Below are positions 16,951 to 27,466 of a DNA stretch of 64,000 nt, piece by piece; positions within the stretch are counted from its first letter, which is position 1; each line of letters starts with the position of its first letter. This DNA is from Vicinamibacterales bacterium (GTDB taxonomy: Bacteria; Acidobacteriota; Vicinamibacteria; Vicinamibacterales; UBA8438). Location of the stretch: the NCBI GenBank assembly GCA_963663815.1, contig OY760734.1; one strand, given 5' to 3'. The position numbers were made by a program, and so were the translations under genes. Under the pieces are notes generated by a model, which saw only the letters and a list, made by a program, of their open reading frames with translations, ran no database searches and was not told where the DNA came from.

Positions 16951-19599
16951 ATGGCCATGCTTCGCGAGTGGCTGCTTCGTCTGTGGGGCGCGCTCCGGCG
17001 CGACCCGACGGATCACGATCTCGAGCGCGAGCTGCGCTTCCACCTCGAGCACGCGGAGGAGGAGCTTCGCGCGAAGGGCCACCCGCCCACCGAGGCCGCG
17101 CGGCGGGCGCGCGCGCGCCTCGGCGGCCTTCCCCAGGCGATGGAGGCGCTGCGCGACCAGCGCGGTCTGCCGTGGCTCGACGACCTGCGGACCGACGTGC
17201 GCATCGGCGCGCGCGGCCTCGCGCGGCGTCCCGGGTTCACGGCGACGGCGGTGGCGGCGCTCGCGTGCGGCATCGCCGCAAGCGTGACGGCGTTCACGAT
17301 CGTGAACGCGGTGACCCGGGGGCTCCCCGTGGACGAGCCGGACCGCATCGTGCGGCTCGGCGTGCTCGACGCGTCGCAGCGCCCGGCACGCGTATCGCCC
17401 CGCGAGCTCGAGGCGTGGCGCTCCGCCTCGACGCTGACCGGCATCGCCGCTTTCCGCGAGACGATGGCGACCGTAAGCGAGGGAGGCCGGTCGCCCGAGC
17501 CGGTGGCCGGCGCCTACGTGTCCGCCGCCACGTTCGATCTCCTCGGCGAGCGCCCGACCCTGGGTCGCACGTTCCTGCCGGACGACGATCGTCCCGGCGC
17601 ACCGGCGGTGGCGCTGCTCGGAGACGGCGTGTGGCGCAGCCGCTTCGGCGGCGATCCATCGATTCTCGACCGCCCGATCACCGTCGACGACGTTCCGGTC
17701 ACCATCGTCGGCGTCATGGCCGCAGGCTTCCGGTTCCCGATGGTGGCCGATCTGTGGCTGCCACTTTCGGCGATGCCCGGATACGCGGAGGATCTCAACG
17801 CGCGGGTGATCGACGTGGTCGGTCGGCTCGGCCCCGACCGGTCGCCGACCCAGGCCGTCGCCGAGCTCGAGCCGATCGCCCTTCGGCTCGGCCGCGACCT
17901 GCCCGAGCCCAGCCGCGCCACCGCCGTCACGGTGTCGCCGTTCACGGGAGACAACCGTCCGATCCAACCGTTTCTCATCGCGCTGATGGCCACGGTCGGC
18001 CTCGTGCTCCTCATCGCCTGCGTCAACGTCGCCCACCTCCTGCTCCTGCGCGCGCTCGCTCGTACCCGGGAAGCCGCGGTTCGGCTGGCGCACGGGGCGA
18101 CGCGGTGGCTCGTCCTGCGCCAGTTGCTCGTCGAGAGCGCGCTGCTCGCCGCGATGGCCGGCGCGGCAGGCGTCGTGCTCGCCATGCTGGCGACGCGTCT
18201 GTTGAGCGAAACGCTCGCGAGCATCAACTTCCCGTACTGGCTGCGGTGGACGATGGACGGCCGCGTGTTCCTGTTCGTCGTGGTGGTCTGTGTGGTGAGC
18301 GTCGCCATCTCCGGTCTCTGGCCCGCCGTGCGTCTCGCACGGAGCGATGTCATGGACGGCCTGCGGGAGGGTGGGCGATCCGCCACGCTCGGAGCGCGGC
18401 CGAGACGGTTCGTCGCCGGCCTGCTCGCGGTGGAGCTTGCGTTCACGCTCGTGGTCCTGGCGGGGGCCGGGCTGATGACGCGCAGCTTCATGTCGCTGTA
18501 TCGCGCCGACCTCGTGATCGACCCGACCAACGTCCTGTCGACGCGGATTCGGCTCGCGCCCGAGCGATATCCGACGCCCGGAGCCCGGGCGGCGTTCTTT
18601 CGCCAACTGGAGGAGCAGCTCGGCGGCCTGTCGACGATTGGCGCGGCGGCCTTCGCCAACACGGTGCCCTTCATCGGCGCTCCGCGCCGCGAGCTGTCGG
18701 TCGAAGGCCGTGCGGACGCGCCCGATGCGCCGCGGCCGAGCGTCTCGATGGTGTCGATCAGCCCGGCGTACTTCGAGACCCTGGGAGTCGGTCTGATGCG
18801 CGGTCGCGCCTTCACCGGAGCGGACATGAGGGCCGAAAGCAGGAACGCGATCATCAACGAACGCTTCGCCGCGATGTTCTTCCCCGATCGGGAACCGATC
18901 GGAAGGCGCATTCGCCTGAGCGGGAGGCCACCCTCGCCGCAGGACACCGACACCTGGCTCACCGTGGTCGGCGTGGCGCCCTCGGTGCGACAGCAGCCCA
19001 CGCTGAACCTGCAGGACCTCGACCCGGTCGTATACGTGCCGCGCACGCCGGCCTCCGGACCGGTGGCCTGGTTGCTCGTGCGGGGCGCGTCGTCGGCGAA
19101 CTCGCCCGCCACGGCCGTCCGCGAACGCATCTGGACGCTCGACCCCGACGTCGCCCTGGCGCGGCTGGTGCCGCTCGACGAGACGATCTCGCAGTCGCGC
19201 TGGACGGTGCGCGTGTTCGCCGCGATGTTCGCCGCCTTCGCGTGGATTGCGGTGGTGCTGTCGGCGGTCGGTCTGTACGCCGTCACGGCCTACTCGGTGA
19301 CGCAGCGGCGGCAGGAAGTCGGCGTCCGCATGGCGCTCGGCGCCCGGCGCGGCGACATCGTCTGGCTGTTCACGAGACGCGCGTTCGCCTCGCTGGGCGT
19401 CGGTCTGGCGGCCGGCATCGCCGGCGCGCTCGCGATCGGGCCGCTCCTGCGGGTGTTTCTCGTGCAGACGAGCCCCGGCGACCCCGCGACGCTGGCCGCC
19501 GTCGCCGGCGTGCTGACCGTCGTCGCCGGCGTCGCGAGCGTCTGGCCCGCGCGACGCGCGACGCGAGTGAGTCCGGCGACTGCCCTGCGCGCCGAGTGA
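16951..19599 (+). CDS. ADOP-family duplicated FtsX/MacB-like ABC permease
   Basis: ATG at 16951, preceded by GGAGGAG. The N-terminal header MAMLREWLLRLWGALRRDPTDHDLERELRFHLE is typical of acidobacterial duplicated orphan permeases. Contains two FtsX-like TM modules. Lies downstream of PadR. Confidence 0.9.
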   Translation: MAMLREWLLRLWGALRRDPTDHDLERELRFHLEHAEEELRAKGHPPTEAARRARARLGGLPQAMEALRDQRGLPWLDDLRTDVRIGARGLARRPGFTATAVAALACGIAASVTAFTIVNAVTRGLPVDEPDRIVRLGVLDASQRPARVSPRELEAWRSASTLTGIAAFRETMATVSEGGRSPEPVAGAYVSAATFDLLGERPTLGRTFLPDDDRPGAPAVALLGDGVWRSRFGGDPSILDRPITVDDVPVTIVGVMAAGFRFPMVADLWLPLSAMPGYAEDLNARVIDVVGRLGPDRSPTQAVAELEPIALRLGRDLPEPSRATAVTVSPFTGDNRPIQPFLIALMATVGLVLLIACVNVAHLLLLRALARTREAAVRLAHGATRWLVLRQLLVESALLAAMAGAAGVVLAMLATRLLSETLASINFPYWLRWTMDGRVFLFVVVVCVVSVAISGLWPAVRLARSDVMDGLREGGRSATLGARPRRFVAGLLAVELAFTLVVLAGAGLMTRSFMSLYRADLVIDPTNVLSTRIRLAPERYPTPGARAAFFRQLEEQLGGLSTIGAAAFANTVPFIGAPRRELSVEGRADAPDAPRPSVSMVSISPAYFETLGVGLMRGRAFTGADMRAESRNAIINERFAAMFFPDREPIGRRIRLSGRPPSPQDTDTWLTVVGVAPSVRQQPTLNLQDLDPVVYVPRTPASGPVAWLLVRGASSANSPATAVRERIWTLDPDVALARLVPLDETISQSRWTVRVFAAMFAAFAWIAVVLSAVGLYAVTAYSVTQRRQEVGVRMALGARRGDIVWLFTRRAFASLGVGLAAGIAGALAIGPLLRVFLVQTSPGDPATLAAVAGVLTVVAGVASVWPARRATRVSPATALRAE

Positions 19600-19660
19600 G
19601 TTCGTCGGTAACTGTCTATCGGATCGACCGGCTGGCGGGAGCTGCCGGAGGAGAACCACG

Positions 19661-19760
19661 ATGAGTGTACTTCGCGAGTGCTGGCGTCGCCCGTGCGGCG
19701 CGTTCCGGCGCAACCCGGGCCGAATCCCGCGACGCCCCCTCGTTCCATCGCGAAGATTGA
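19661..19760 (+). pseudogene. truncated 5-prime end of a second ADOP permease gene
   Basis: CGGAGGAGAACCACGATG...CTTCGCGAGTG at 19645-19685 closely repeats the RBS and start of the upstream permease (CGGAGGAGAAACACGATG...CTTCGCGAGTGG). The encoded MSVLRECWRRPCGAFRRNP mimics the ADOP header, then similarity is lost. Confidence 0.5.
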
Positions 19761-19803
19761 GCGGATCGAGCGGTGTTCCTGTTCTCGAGTCCCTCCGCAT
19801 CAC

Positions 19804-20311
19804 TCAGGCGAGCTCGGTCTCGAACGCGACGATGTCGCGGGATTCGGCGCCGCGTAGAACACGCTCGCCCAGTAACCCTCGTAAACGGGCGATCTCGTTC
19901 CTGCGATGCCAGTCGTGCGGAATGCCCGCCAGCAGCGCCCGCAACGGCGCTTCCACCCCCGCGGCGTCGCCCGCCGCCAGCACGTCGTACAGCTGGGCGG
20001 CGTGGCGCTCCCGCCTCGGGTCGGGCGCCAACCGGTCCAGCAGGCTCTCGCTCAGCCCCTGCCGGACCTCCCGGTTCGGGTACCCCAGGCGGTACACGGT
20101 GCGTCCGCCGCGCCGATCCTCGCCACGGATGGTGAGGTAGCCCGTCTGGAACAGCAGCGCCTCGGGCGCGATGGCGTCCACGTCAGGAAGTAGTGCTTGC
20201 CGGCGTCGTCACCAGCCGTCGGGCATATGAGGTCTTGTCGACGTAGTAGCAGCCCTCCTCCCGGATCTCCCGGAACGTCTGGATGCCGACAGGGAGCCTG
20301 CGCCTGTCCAT
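19804..20311 (-). pseudogene. remnant of an AAA-ATPase_like / PD-(D/E)XK (PDDEXK_9) family gene
   Basis: The minus strand from ATG 20311 encodes MDRRRLPVGIQTFREIREEGCYYVDKT, and after a frameshift DDAGKHYFL. This is the typical N-terminus of the family. It joins directly to a C-terminal piece (EALLFQTGYLTIRG...YRLGYPNREV). The central ~350 aa are missing. Confidence 0.6.
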
Positions 20312-20378
20312 GGGGAGACTCACGCCCGGACTGTGCGGGGAACGTTCACCCGCAACGCCCGGGCCAGGTCAGCGCCAT

Positions 20379-21890
20379 CTACCGCGCGGCCTCCCCACTC
20401 GCCGACCCGAGAATCGGCCGGCCGGGGAACACCTCCTCCACGAGTTCCCCGTCCCTGACCACGAAGGTCCCGCCGACCAGCACGTGGCGAATCCCGTCCG
20501 AGTAGCGGTCGGGCGCGTCGTAGGTCGCCCGGTCGATGACCGTGTCCGGGTCGAACAGCGTGAGGTCGGCGTCGGCGCCGGCCTGGACGCGACCCTTGGC
20601 GGCCATCTGCGGGGTTACCGCCTCCAGCCGCTGCGCCGGGAGCAGGGTCATCTTGCGCAGGGCGTCCATCAGCGACAGGGCGCCGCGCTCGCGGACGTAG
20701 TGGCCGAGGATGCGGGCGAAGGTGCCGGCGCCCCGGGGATGGGACCGGCCCTGGCTGAACGGGATGCCGTCGCTCGCCGCGATGACGTCGGGCTGGGCGA
20801 CGATCCACTCGTTGGTGTCCTCGGACCGGCCATGGGTGATGACCCAGCCGCCCTCCTCCCGATACTGGCGAAAGGTCTCCGCGGTGAGCCGCTCGCCGGT
20901 CTCGACCCACTGCAGGCGGGCATAGTCGTCGGGGCTCCGGCCCAGCCACCCGTCGAACAGGGCCGACTCGATGAGGCTCGCGCTGGCCGTGTACGGATAG
21001 GCCTCGGTGGTCACGTCCACCCCGCGCGCCTGCGCCCCCCGGATGAGCTCGAGGGCGGCCGGGGCCGACTCGCCGGCGCTGCTGTTCATGTGGACGATGT
21101 GCAGGGCGGCACCGGTGGCGGCAGCGTTGGCGATGGCCTCCTGGAACGGCGCGATGGCCTCGCGGCTGGCGAACGCCCCGGCCGACCGGAGGTGGATGAA
21201 CACCGGCGCCCCGCGTTCCGCGGCGGCCGCGAACAGACGCCAGATCTCCTCGTGGCTCGCCCCCGGCGTGTAGGTGATGCCGAACCCGAAGCCGAGGGCG
21301 CCCTGGTCGAGCCCCGCCTGCATCAGCCGGGCGACCAGGCGCAGCTCCTCCTCGGAGGCCTCTTCGTAGAGGTAGGCGCCGCCCCGGCCCAGGGTGAAGG
21401 TCCCCTCGTCGTTGCGCTCGGTCTGGACCGCGCCGAACGCCTCGCGTCGGGCGCCCTGGTGGCTGACCGTCGCCCCGTAGTTGATGAGCGCCTGCCCCTC
21501 GCGGTCGGCGTACCACGCATCGACGGGATAGACGCCAATCTCCAGCTCCATCGCGGTGGTGACCCCGTCCCGGGCCTGGTAGCGCTGGCTCACCGGATCC
21601 TGGCCGTGGGCGTGGAGGTCGACGAACCCCGGCGCGACGACGAGACCCGACGCGTCGAGCACCTCGCGCGCCTCTGGCCGCTCGTCGCCGACGGCGACGA
21701 TGGACCCGTCGCGCACGGCGACGTTGGCGACCGCGTCGAGCCCGGTCTCGGGGTCCATGACCCGGCCCCCGGTCACGAGCAGGTCCACCGGCCCGGCCTG
21801 GCCGCCACCGCCGCACGCCACCGCGAGCCACCACGCCGCGACCAGCGCCGCCCGCCGGCCGGCACGCCGCCATGCTGTGCATCCGGTCAT
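20379..21890 (-). CDS. D-aminoacylase-type amidohydrolase, probable lipoprotein
   Basis: DLLVTGGRVMDPETG...VAPGFVDLHAHGQD metal-binding motif. Start at ATG 21890 gives a signal peptide with a lipobox-like WWLAVAC. Confidence 0.8.
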   Translation of the reverse strand: MTGCTAWRRAGRRAALVAAWWLAVACGGGGQAGPVDLLVTGGRVMDPETGLDAVANVAVRDGSIVAVGDERPEAREVLDASGLVVAPGFVDLHAHGQDPVSQRYQARDGVTTAMELEIGVYPVDAWYADREGQALINYGATVSHQGARREAFGAVQTERNDEGTFTLGRGGAYLYEEASEEELRLVARLMQAGLDQGALGFGFGITYTPGASHEEIWRLFAAAAERGAPVFIHLRSAGAFASREAIAPFQEAIANAAATGAALHIVHMNSSAGESAPAALELIRGAQARGVDVTTEAYPYTASASLIESALFDGWLGRSPDDYARLQWVETGERLTAETFRQYREEGGWVITHGRSEDTNEWIVAQPDVIAASDGIPFSQGRSHPRGAGTFARILGHYVRERGALSLMDALRKMTLLPAQRLEAVTPQMAAKGRVQAGADADLTLFDPDTVIDRATYDAPDRYSDGIRHVLVGGTFVVRDGELVEEVFPGRPILGSASGEAAR

Positions 21891-21999
21891 GATTCCCTCT
21901 GCTTGCTTTCTTGCGCGCCGGACGCGCTCACCCGATGGACTCCCCGACGACCACGGACCCGATGCGGCACCTGCCCGCCGGCACGCTCGCCTCACCGCC

Positions 22000-23442
22000 T
22001 CACCACAACCCGAGGATCTTCCACCAGAGCAGCCCCACCGGAATCCAGATCGCGAGGTTGGCCACCGAGGCGTAGAAGCCGACCCGCCACCAGTCCTTCA
22101 GGCTGACGTAGCCCTCGACGAAGATGATCGGCGAGGTAGTCGTCCCGTAGTGGGTGAGCCCGGCCGTCAGGTTGTTGATGAACACCAGGCTGTACACCAC
22201 CACCGGGGCCGGCGCCCCGAGGCTGACCAGCAGGGCCAGGAACGGCGGGTACATGGCGAGGGCGTGGACGGTGGTGCTCGCGAAGAAGTAGTGCGCGTAG
22301 AAGTAGATGACGAGGGTCGCGACGAAGACCACGGCCCAGGGGACCCCGATGAACCACGACCCGAACCACTCCGCGAACAGCGTCGCCACCCCGGTGTCGT
22401 TCAGCACCCCGCCCATCATCAGGAGGCCGCCGTACCACACGAAGATGTCCCACGCCGACCGCTCGCTCAGGGCGCTGTCCCAGGTCAGGGCCTGGGTCGT
22501 GAACAGCACCGCGATGCCGAGCAGGGCGACGAGGGTCGGCGAGAGCCAGGCGACGTAGGACGACGCGACCCAGAAGCCGATCAGCCCGACGAACACGCTG
22601 CCCACCACCGCCTCGCGCCCCCGGATGGGGCCGAGCGCGGCCAGCTGCTCGCCGGCGAACTTCGAGGCGGCCGGCGTCTCCTTCAGCGTGGGCGGAATCA
22701 CCCGGTAGACCAGCCACGGCACGAAGACGCTGGACACGAGCCCCGGCAGGAGGCCGGCCGTGAACCAGCTCGCCCACGTGATGGTGACCCCCGCGTACTC
22801 CGCCGCCAGCTCGCCGAGCAGCAGGTTGGCGGCGCTGCTGTAGTAGAACATCGCCGACGAGATGACGCTGCCCTGGTACAGGCAGGTCATCAGGAACGTC
22901 CCCAGAATGGCGGACGACGCGCCGGGACTCGACTTGTAGAGGCTGCTGATGCTGCGGGCGATGGGAAAGACGATGCTCGCCGAGCGCGCGGTGATCGACG
23001 GCACCCCGGTGGCCAGGGTGAGGTCGGTCAGGTGCATCGCGTAGCCGAGGCCGAGCGACGTGCGGCCGATGGCCCGGATGAACCACAGGGCGATGCGGCG
23101 GGCGAGCCCCGAGTCGCGCAGGGCGCGCGACATGAGCATCGCCATCAGCACCATCCACACCGACGCGGAGGAGTAGCCGCTCAACGCCCGGTCCATCGGC
23201 AACCCGCCGACGACGACCAGGGCGGTGATGCCCACCAGCACCACCTGGGACCCGGGCATCGGCTGCAGCATCAGCCCCGCGATGGTGGCGAAGAACACGC
23301 CGACCCGGCGCCACTCCTCGGCGGCGATGCCCTCGGGCGCGGGCAGCACGTGGGCGATGGCGACGTAGATCCCGGCCAGCGCCAGCAACCGCCAGGGCCG
23401 GACGGGAGAGGAGGGGGGTGCGGCGGTCGCTTCGTCAGCCAT
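22000..23442 (-). CDS. DASS-family anion:sodium symporter (dicarboxylate/sulfate-type permease)
   Basis: 480-aa polytopic membrane protein. Segments SGYSSASVWMVLMAML, GVPSITARSASIVFPIARS and NNLTAGLTHYGTT resemble DASS (SLC13-like) transporters. Confidence 0.8.
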   Translation of the reverse strand: MADEATAAPPSSPVRPWRLLALAGIYVAIAHVLPAPEGIAAEEWRRVGVFFATIAGLMLQPMPGSQVVLVGITALVVVGGLPMDRALSGYSSASVWMVLMAMLMSRALRDSGLARRIALWFIRAIGRTSLGLGYAMHLTDLTLATGVPSITARSASIVFPIARSISSLYKSSPGASSAILGTFLMTCLYQGSVISSAMFYYSSAANLLLGELAAEYAGVTITWASWFTAGLLPGLVSSVFVPWLVYRVIPPTLKETPAASKFAGEQLAALGPIRGREAVVGSVFVGLIGFWVASSYVAWLSPTLVALLGIAVLFTTQALTWDSALSERSAWDIFVWYGGLLMMGGVLNDTGVATLFAEWFGSWFIGVPWAVVFVATLVIYFYAHYFFASTTVHALAMYPPFLALLVSLGAPAPVVVYSLVFINNLTAGLTHYGTTTSPIIFVEGYVSLKDWWRVGFYASVANLAIWIPVGLLWWKILGLW

Positions 23443-23457
23443 GGCTGGGCGTCCCGG

Positions 23458-24675
23458 TCAGGACACCCGCTCCAGCACGGCCGCGAGGCCCTGGCCGACG
23501 CCGATGCACAGGGTCACGAGGGCGTAGCGCCCCTGGCACCGCTGGAGCTGCCGGGTCGCGGTCAGCGTCAGCCGAGCGCCGGACGCGCCCAGGGGATGGC
23601 CGACCGCGATCGCGCCGCCGTTCGGGTTGACCCGGCTGTCGTCCTGGTCGATCTCGAGCAGCTTCAGGCACCCCAGCACCTGGGTGGCGAACGCCTCGTT
23701 GATCTCGATGACGTCGATGTCGGCCAGCGTCAGCCCCGCCCGCGCCAGCGCCTTCCGGCTCGCGGGCACCGGCCCCAGGCCCATGACCCGCGGCTCGACC
23801 CCCGCCGCCGCGGCCGAGACCACCCGCGCGAGGGGCGCCGCCCCCGCCTTCTCTCCGGCGGCGCGGCTGCCGACGACGAGCGCCGCCGCGCCGTCGTTGA
23901 TGCCCGAGGCGTTGCCGGCGGTCACCACCCCGCCCTCGAACAGCGGCCGTAGCGTCGCCAGCTTCTCGAGCGAGGTCCCCGGCCGGGGATGCTCGTCGTC
24001 GGCCACCTCCGTCTGCTCTCCCCGCTTCCGCCCCGGCACCGTCACCGGGTCGAGCTCGTCCTTGTAGAAGCAGGCGGACTTGGCGCGGGCGAACCGCTGC
24101 TGCGACGCGACGGCGTACCGGTCGCTGTCGGCGCGGGTGATGGCCAGGTCGGCGGCGACGTTGTCGGCGGTCACCGGCATCGCGTGGTCGCCGTACTGGG
24201 CGGTGGTCCTGGGGTTGGAGAACCGCGACCCCAGGGTGCTGTCGTGCACCGTGAGCTGGCGCCCGAAGGCCCGCTCCGACTTGGCCATCACGAAGGGGGC
24301 CCGGCTCATGCTCTCGACCCCACCCGCGATGAACAGGTCGCCCTGCCCGCAGGCGACCGCCCGCGAGGCGTCCACGACCGCGGCGAGCCCGCTCGCGCAC
24401 AGCCGGTTGACGGTCATGCCGGCCACCTCCACCGGCAGTCCGGCGAGCAGCCCGGCCCGCCGCGCGACGTTGCGGCAGTCCTCGCCGGCCTGGTTGGTGC
24501 AGCCGGCGATGACGTCCTCGACGTCCTCGGCCCTGAACGGGCTGCGCGCCATCAGGGTGGCGATGGGGCCGGCCAGCAGGTCGTCCGGGCGCACGGGGGC
24601 GAGGGCCCCGGCGTGGCGGCCGAAGGGGGTGCGTACTCCGTCGTAGATGAAGGCGTCTGTCATGGTCGAGGGCAC
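23458..24675 (-). CDS. acetyl-CoA C-acyl/acetyltransferase (thiolase; PcaF/PaaJ-like N-terminus)
   Basis: VNRLCASGL (acyl-Cys), NGGAIAVGHPLGASGARL and LCIGVGQG (C-terminal Cys). The start may be ATG 24663 (MTDAFIYDG). Confidence 0.9.
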   Translation of the reverse strand: MPSTMTDAFIYDGVRTPFGRHAGALAPVRPDDLLAGPIATLMARSPFRAEDVEDVIAGCTNQAGEDCRNVARRAGLLAGLPVEVAGMTVNRLCASGLAAVVDASRAVACGQGDLFIAGGVESMSRAPFVMAKSERAFGRQLTVHDSTLGSRFSNPRTTAQYGDHAMPVTADNVAADLAITRADSDRYAVASQQRFARAKSACFYKDELDPVTVPGRKRGEQTEVADDEHPRPGTSLEKLATLRPLFEGGVVTAGNASGINDGAAALVVGSRAAGEKAGAAPLARVVSAAAAGVEPRVMGLGPVPASRKALARAGLTLADIDVIEINEAFATQVLGCLKLLEIDQDDSRVNPNGGAIAVGHPLGASGARLTLTATRQLQRCQGRYALVTLCIGVGQGLAAVLERVS

Positions 24676-24912
24676 CGTTCCAAGGGCGAAAGGCCCTCAT
24701 TATACGTGGGCGGCCGGATGCGTGGGCGGCCCGGCAACGGGGCGAGCCCGCCAATCGTCGCCGCAGGAGTCTCGCGCCCGCGAAACTCCCAGCGCGACCG
24801 CAAGGTCGCGTCGCGGCCTCCGCTCGGCGCCCGACCAACCCGCCAGGGCAGCCCGCACGTTCTCCGAAGGCGGCGCCGTTCCACGGCGCAGCATCCGCTA
24901 TCATCACGCGTC

Positions 24913-26454
24913 ATGCACGGGCGACGCGGGGTCGTGGCGGCGGGGCACGCGCTGACGGCGGAGGCGGCGGGCGAGGTGCTGCGCGCCGGCGGCAACGCCT
25001 TCGACGCGGCGCTGGCCGCCCTCTGCGCCGCCTGCGCCTGCGAGCCGGCCCTGGCGTCCTTCGGCGGGGGCGGGTTCCTCCTCGCCGTGCCCGCCGCGGG
25101 GCGCCCGCGGCTCTACGACTTCTTCGTGCAGACGCCGAGGCGGCGCCTGCCGGCGGACGAGGTCGAGTTCGAGCCGGTCGTCGTCGACTTCGGCCCCGCG
25201 CGGCAGGAGTTCCACATCGGCCGCGGCACCGTCGCGGTGCCGGGCGTCGTTCGCGGGCTCTTCGACGTCCACCGCGACCTGTGCACCCTGCCGGCGGCCG
25301 ACCTCGTCGCCCCCGCCTGCGCCCTGCTGCGCGACGGCGTCGAGATGACCGCGCTGCAGGCCCACTTCCTGCACCTGTTGCGGCCCATTCTCTGCGCCAC
25401 CCCCGAGGTCCTCGCGCTCTACTCGAGCCCGGGCGGCGCCCTGATCGCGGAAGGCGAACGCCTGCGCAATCCCGCTCTCGCCGGCCTCCTGGAGCTGATG
25501 GCCGTCGAGGGGGACGACGTCTTCTACCGCGGCGCGGTCGCGCGGGCGCTGGTCGACGACCTGCGGGCCGGCGGCCTCGTCGGCCTCGACGACCTCGCCG
25601 GGTACCGCACCGAGGTCCGGGCGCCCCTCGCCCTCGACTACCGCGGCGTCGAGGTGCTGACCAACCCGCCGCCCTCGGCGGGGGGCGCGCTCATCGGGTT
25701 CGGCCTGGGCCTGCTGGACGCCCTGCCGGTGGCGGCGGCGCCCCCCGGGAGCGGCCCGGCCGTCGCGATGCTCGCCGACGTGATGCGCGCCACCCGGTCC
25801 GCCCGCGCCGAGGCGCATGACGGAGAGTCCGCAGGCTCGAACGAGCGCATGCTCGACCCGGCGCTCCTGGCGCGGTGGCGGAACGAGGTGCGGGGACGGG
25901 CGCACGCCGCCCGGGGGACGACCCATCTTGGCGTGATCGACGTCCGGGGCAACCTCGCGAGCCTCACGCTGTCGAACGGGGAGGGCTCGGGGCGGGTCGT
26001 CCCCGGCACCGGCGTCATGCTGAACAACATGCTGGGCGAGGAAGACCTCAACCCCGGCGGCTTCCACCGCTGGCAGCCCGGCCACCGCATGACGTCGATG
26101 ATGGCCCCGAGCGCGCTGCGGTGGCCCGACGGCCGGCTCGTCGCGACCGGCTCCGGCGGCTCGAACCGCATCCGCAGCGCCGTGTTGCAGGTGATCGTCA
26201 ACCTCGTCGACCACGCGATGGACGTGGGCGCGGCGGTGCGAGCGCCCCGCATCCACGTCGAGGGCCCGCTGCTCAGCGTCGAGGGGGGTCACGACCGGGA
26301 CGCCATCGCCGAGGCCCTGCACGAGTGGCCCTCGCACCAGGTGTGGGACGATCGCAGCGTGTTCTTCGGCGGCGCGCACACCGCCGAGCGCCGTGGCGAC
26401 GTGCTCGGCGGGGCGGGCGACCCGCGGCGGGACGGCTTCTGCGTCGGCGTCTGA
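24913..26454 (+). CDS. ggt: gamma-glutamyltransferase family protein
   Basis: Start at the in-frame ATG 24913. GHALTAEAAGEVLRAGGNAFDAA N-terminus, autoprocessing Thr in ARGTTHLGVID, and TGSGGSNRIRSA. Confidence 0.85.
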   Translation: MHGRRGVVAAGHALTAEAAGEVLRAGGNAFDAALAALCAACACEPALASFGGGGFLLAVPAAGRPRLYDFFVQTPRRRLPADEVEFEPVVVDFGPARQEFHIGRGTVAVPGVVRGLFDVHRDLCTLPAADLVAPACALLRDGVEMTALQAHFLHLLRPILCATPEVLALYSSPGGALIAEGERLRNPALAGLLELMAVEGDDVFYRGAVARALVDDLRAGGLVGLDDLAGYRTEVRAPLALDYRGVEVLTNPPPSAGGALIGFGLGLLDALPVAAAPPGSGPAVAMLADVMRATRSARAEAHDGESAGSNERMLDPALLARWRNEVRGRAHAARGTTHLGVIDVRGNLASLTLSNGEGSGRVVPGTGVMLNNMLGEEDLNPGGFHRWQPGHRMTSMMAPSALRWPDGRLVATGSGGSNRIRSAVLQVIVNLVDHAMDVGAAVRAPRIHVEGPLLSVEGGHDRDAIAEALHEWPSHQVWDDRSVFFGGAHTAERRGDVLGGAGDPRRDGFCVGV

Positions 26455-26734
26455 CCAACTGCGCCGGGGACCCCGCTCGACGAAGCGCTGTTCGAGGCGT
26501 CCGGGGATCGCCCGTCAGGGAGGTCCCCATCGGCGATCCGGTCGGGCGTGCGGATGAATCGATGAGCGAAGATTCCGGGGCGGACGGCGCGGCCGCCCCG
26601 ATGCTCTTTGCTCCGGTCGAAGGCAGACGGGAGTCGACGGTGGGCGCGACGGCCGGATGCTCGGGGGCGTGGAGCTCGGCGAGGTGCACCGGGGTACAAG
26701 CCGATCCGGCTCAGCGAGCTACTGACCACCGACC

Positions 26735-27466
26735 TCAGGGAACCTCTATCCACCTCTCCATGTCGTCGAGGAAGGACGGGCAGTAGTCCTCATCGACGTG
26801 CTTGCTGTTCCAGAGGCCGGAGCGGCGGACGCGGCAGTCGTCGCTGGAACGGCCGAGCCAGCTGGGCGACGGCGGATCCAGCGCCTTGCGATAGCCGCTC
26901 AGAAGCGCAATGGCGTTGCGCTCGATCTTTCCGCGGTCGCTTCCCGGGCCGCGTTCGTCTCCGACGTTCAGCCACAGAAACGGCATGGCACGGATATGGC
27001 AGCTGACTCGCGCTTCGAGTTCCGTCTCCGTCAGCCCGCGGGGCGACCGCCCCCTGACACCGACCCGGTCGAGCCCACGCCGCTTCGCCGCCTTGCCTGG
27101 ACGTTTCCAGGATGGCGGCAGATCGATGCCGTCCTCCTGCGCCAGCGCCCTGCCGACGAGCCCGCGGAATATCGAGCCCTGATGGTTCCCGTTGCAGGAG
27201 CTCGCCGAGCCGCGATGCTGCCTCAGCCGTTTCCATAGCGTGCTTCGGCTCCCGGCCGTCAGCCCATGGGTTCCGACCCGCACGATGCGCAACCCTTTGC
27301 CCGATCTGGAGCGCTCTTCCCCGTCTTCGCAGAAGAAGTAGACCCCGCGTTCCGGCCACTTCCTGCGGCCGTTGCAGTCGGCAAGCTTGCGTTTCCCGCA
27401 GATGCGGGCTTCGAGTCGGGCGAGCAGGTCGTAGAAACGCTGCGTGTCGGCGAGGCGGTCAGCCAT
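26735..27466 (-). CDS. GIY-YIG (T5orf172-like) nuclease-family protein
   Basis: ERGVYFF (GIY) ... LRIVRVGTHG (YIG-like) ... LWKRLRQHRG (Arg/His) ... GKIERNAIALL (Glu/Asn), in the order expected for the GIY-YIG fold. Third-position GC is visibly lower than in flanking core genes. Confidence 0.6.
   Translation of the reverse strand: MADRLADTQRFYDLLARLEARICGKRKLADCNGRRKWPERGVYFFCEDGEERSRSGKGLRIVRVGTHGLTAGSRSTLWKRLRQHRGSASSCNGNHQGSIFRGLVGRALAQEDGIDLPPSWKRPGKAAKRRGLDRVGVRGRSPRGLTETELEARVSCHIRAMPFLWLNVGDERGPGSDRGKIERNAIALLSGYRKALDPPSPSWLGRSSDDCRVRRSGLWNSKHVDEDYCPSFLDDMERWIEVP

Noticed and set aside
26455-26734. Possible small gene in the ggt / GIY-YIG convergent gap (MSEDSGADGAAAPMLFAPVEG...)
   Set aside because: There is no RBS, the codon bias is mixed, and the frame is a tail of a long shadow ORF (25875-26786). 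It is not supportable from sequence alone.
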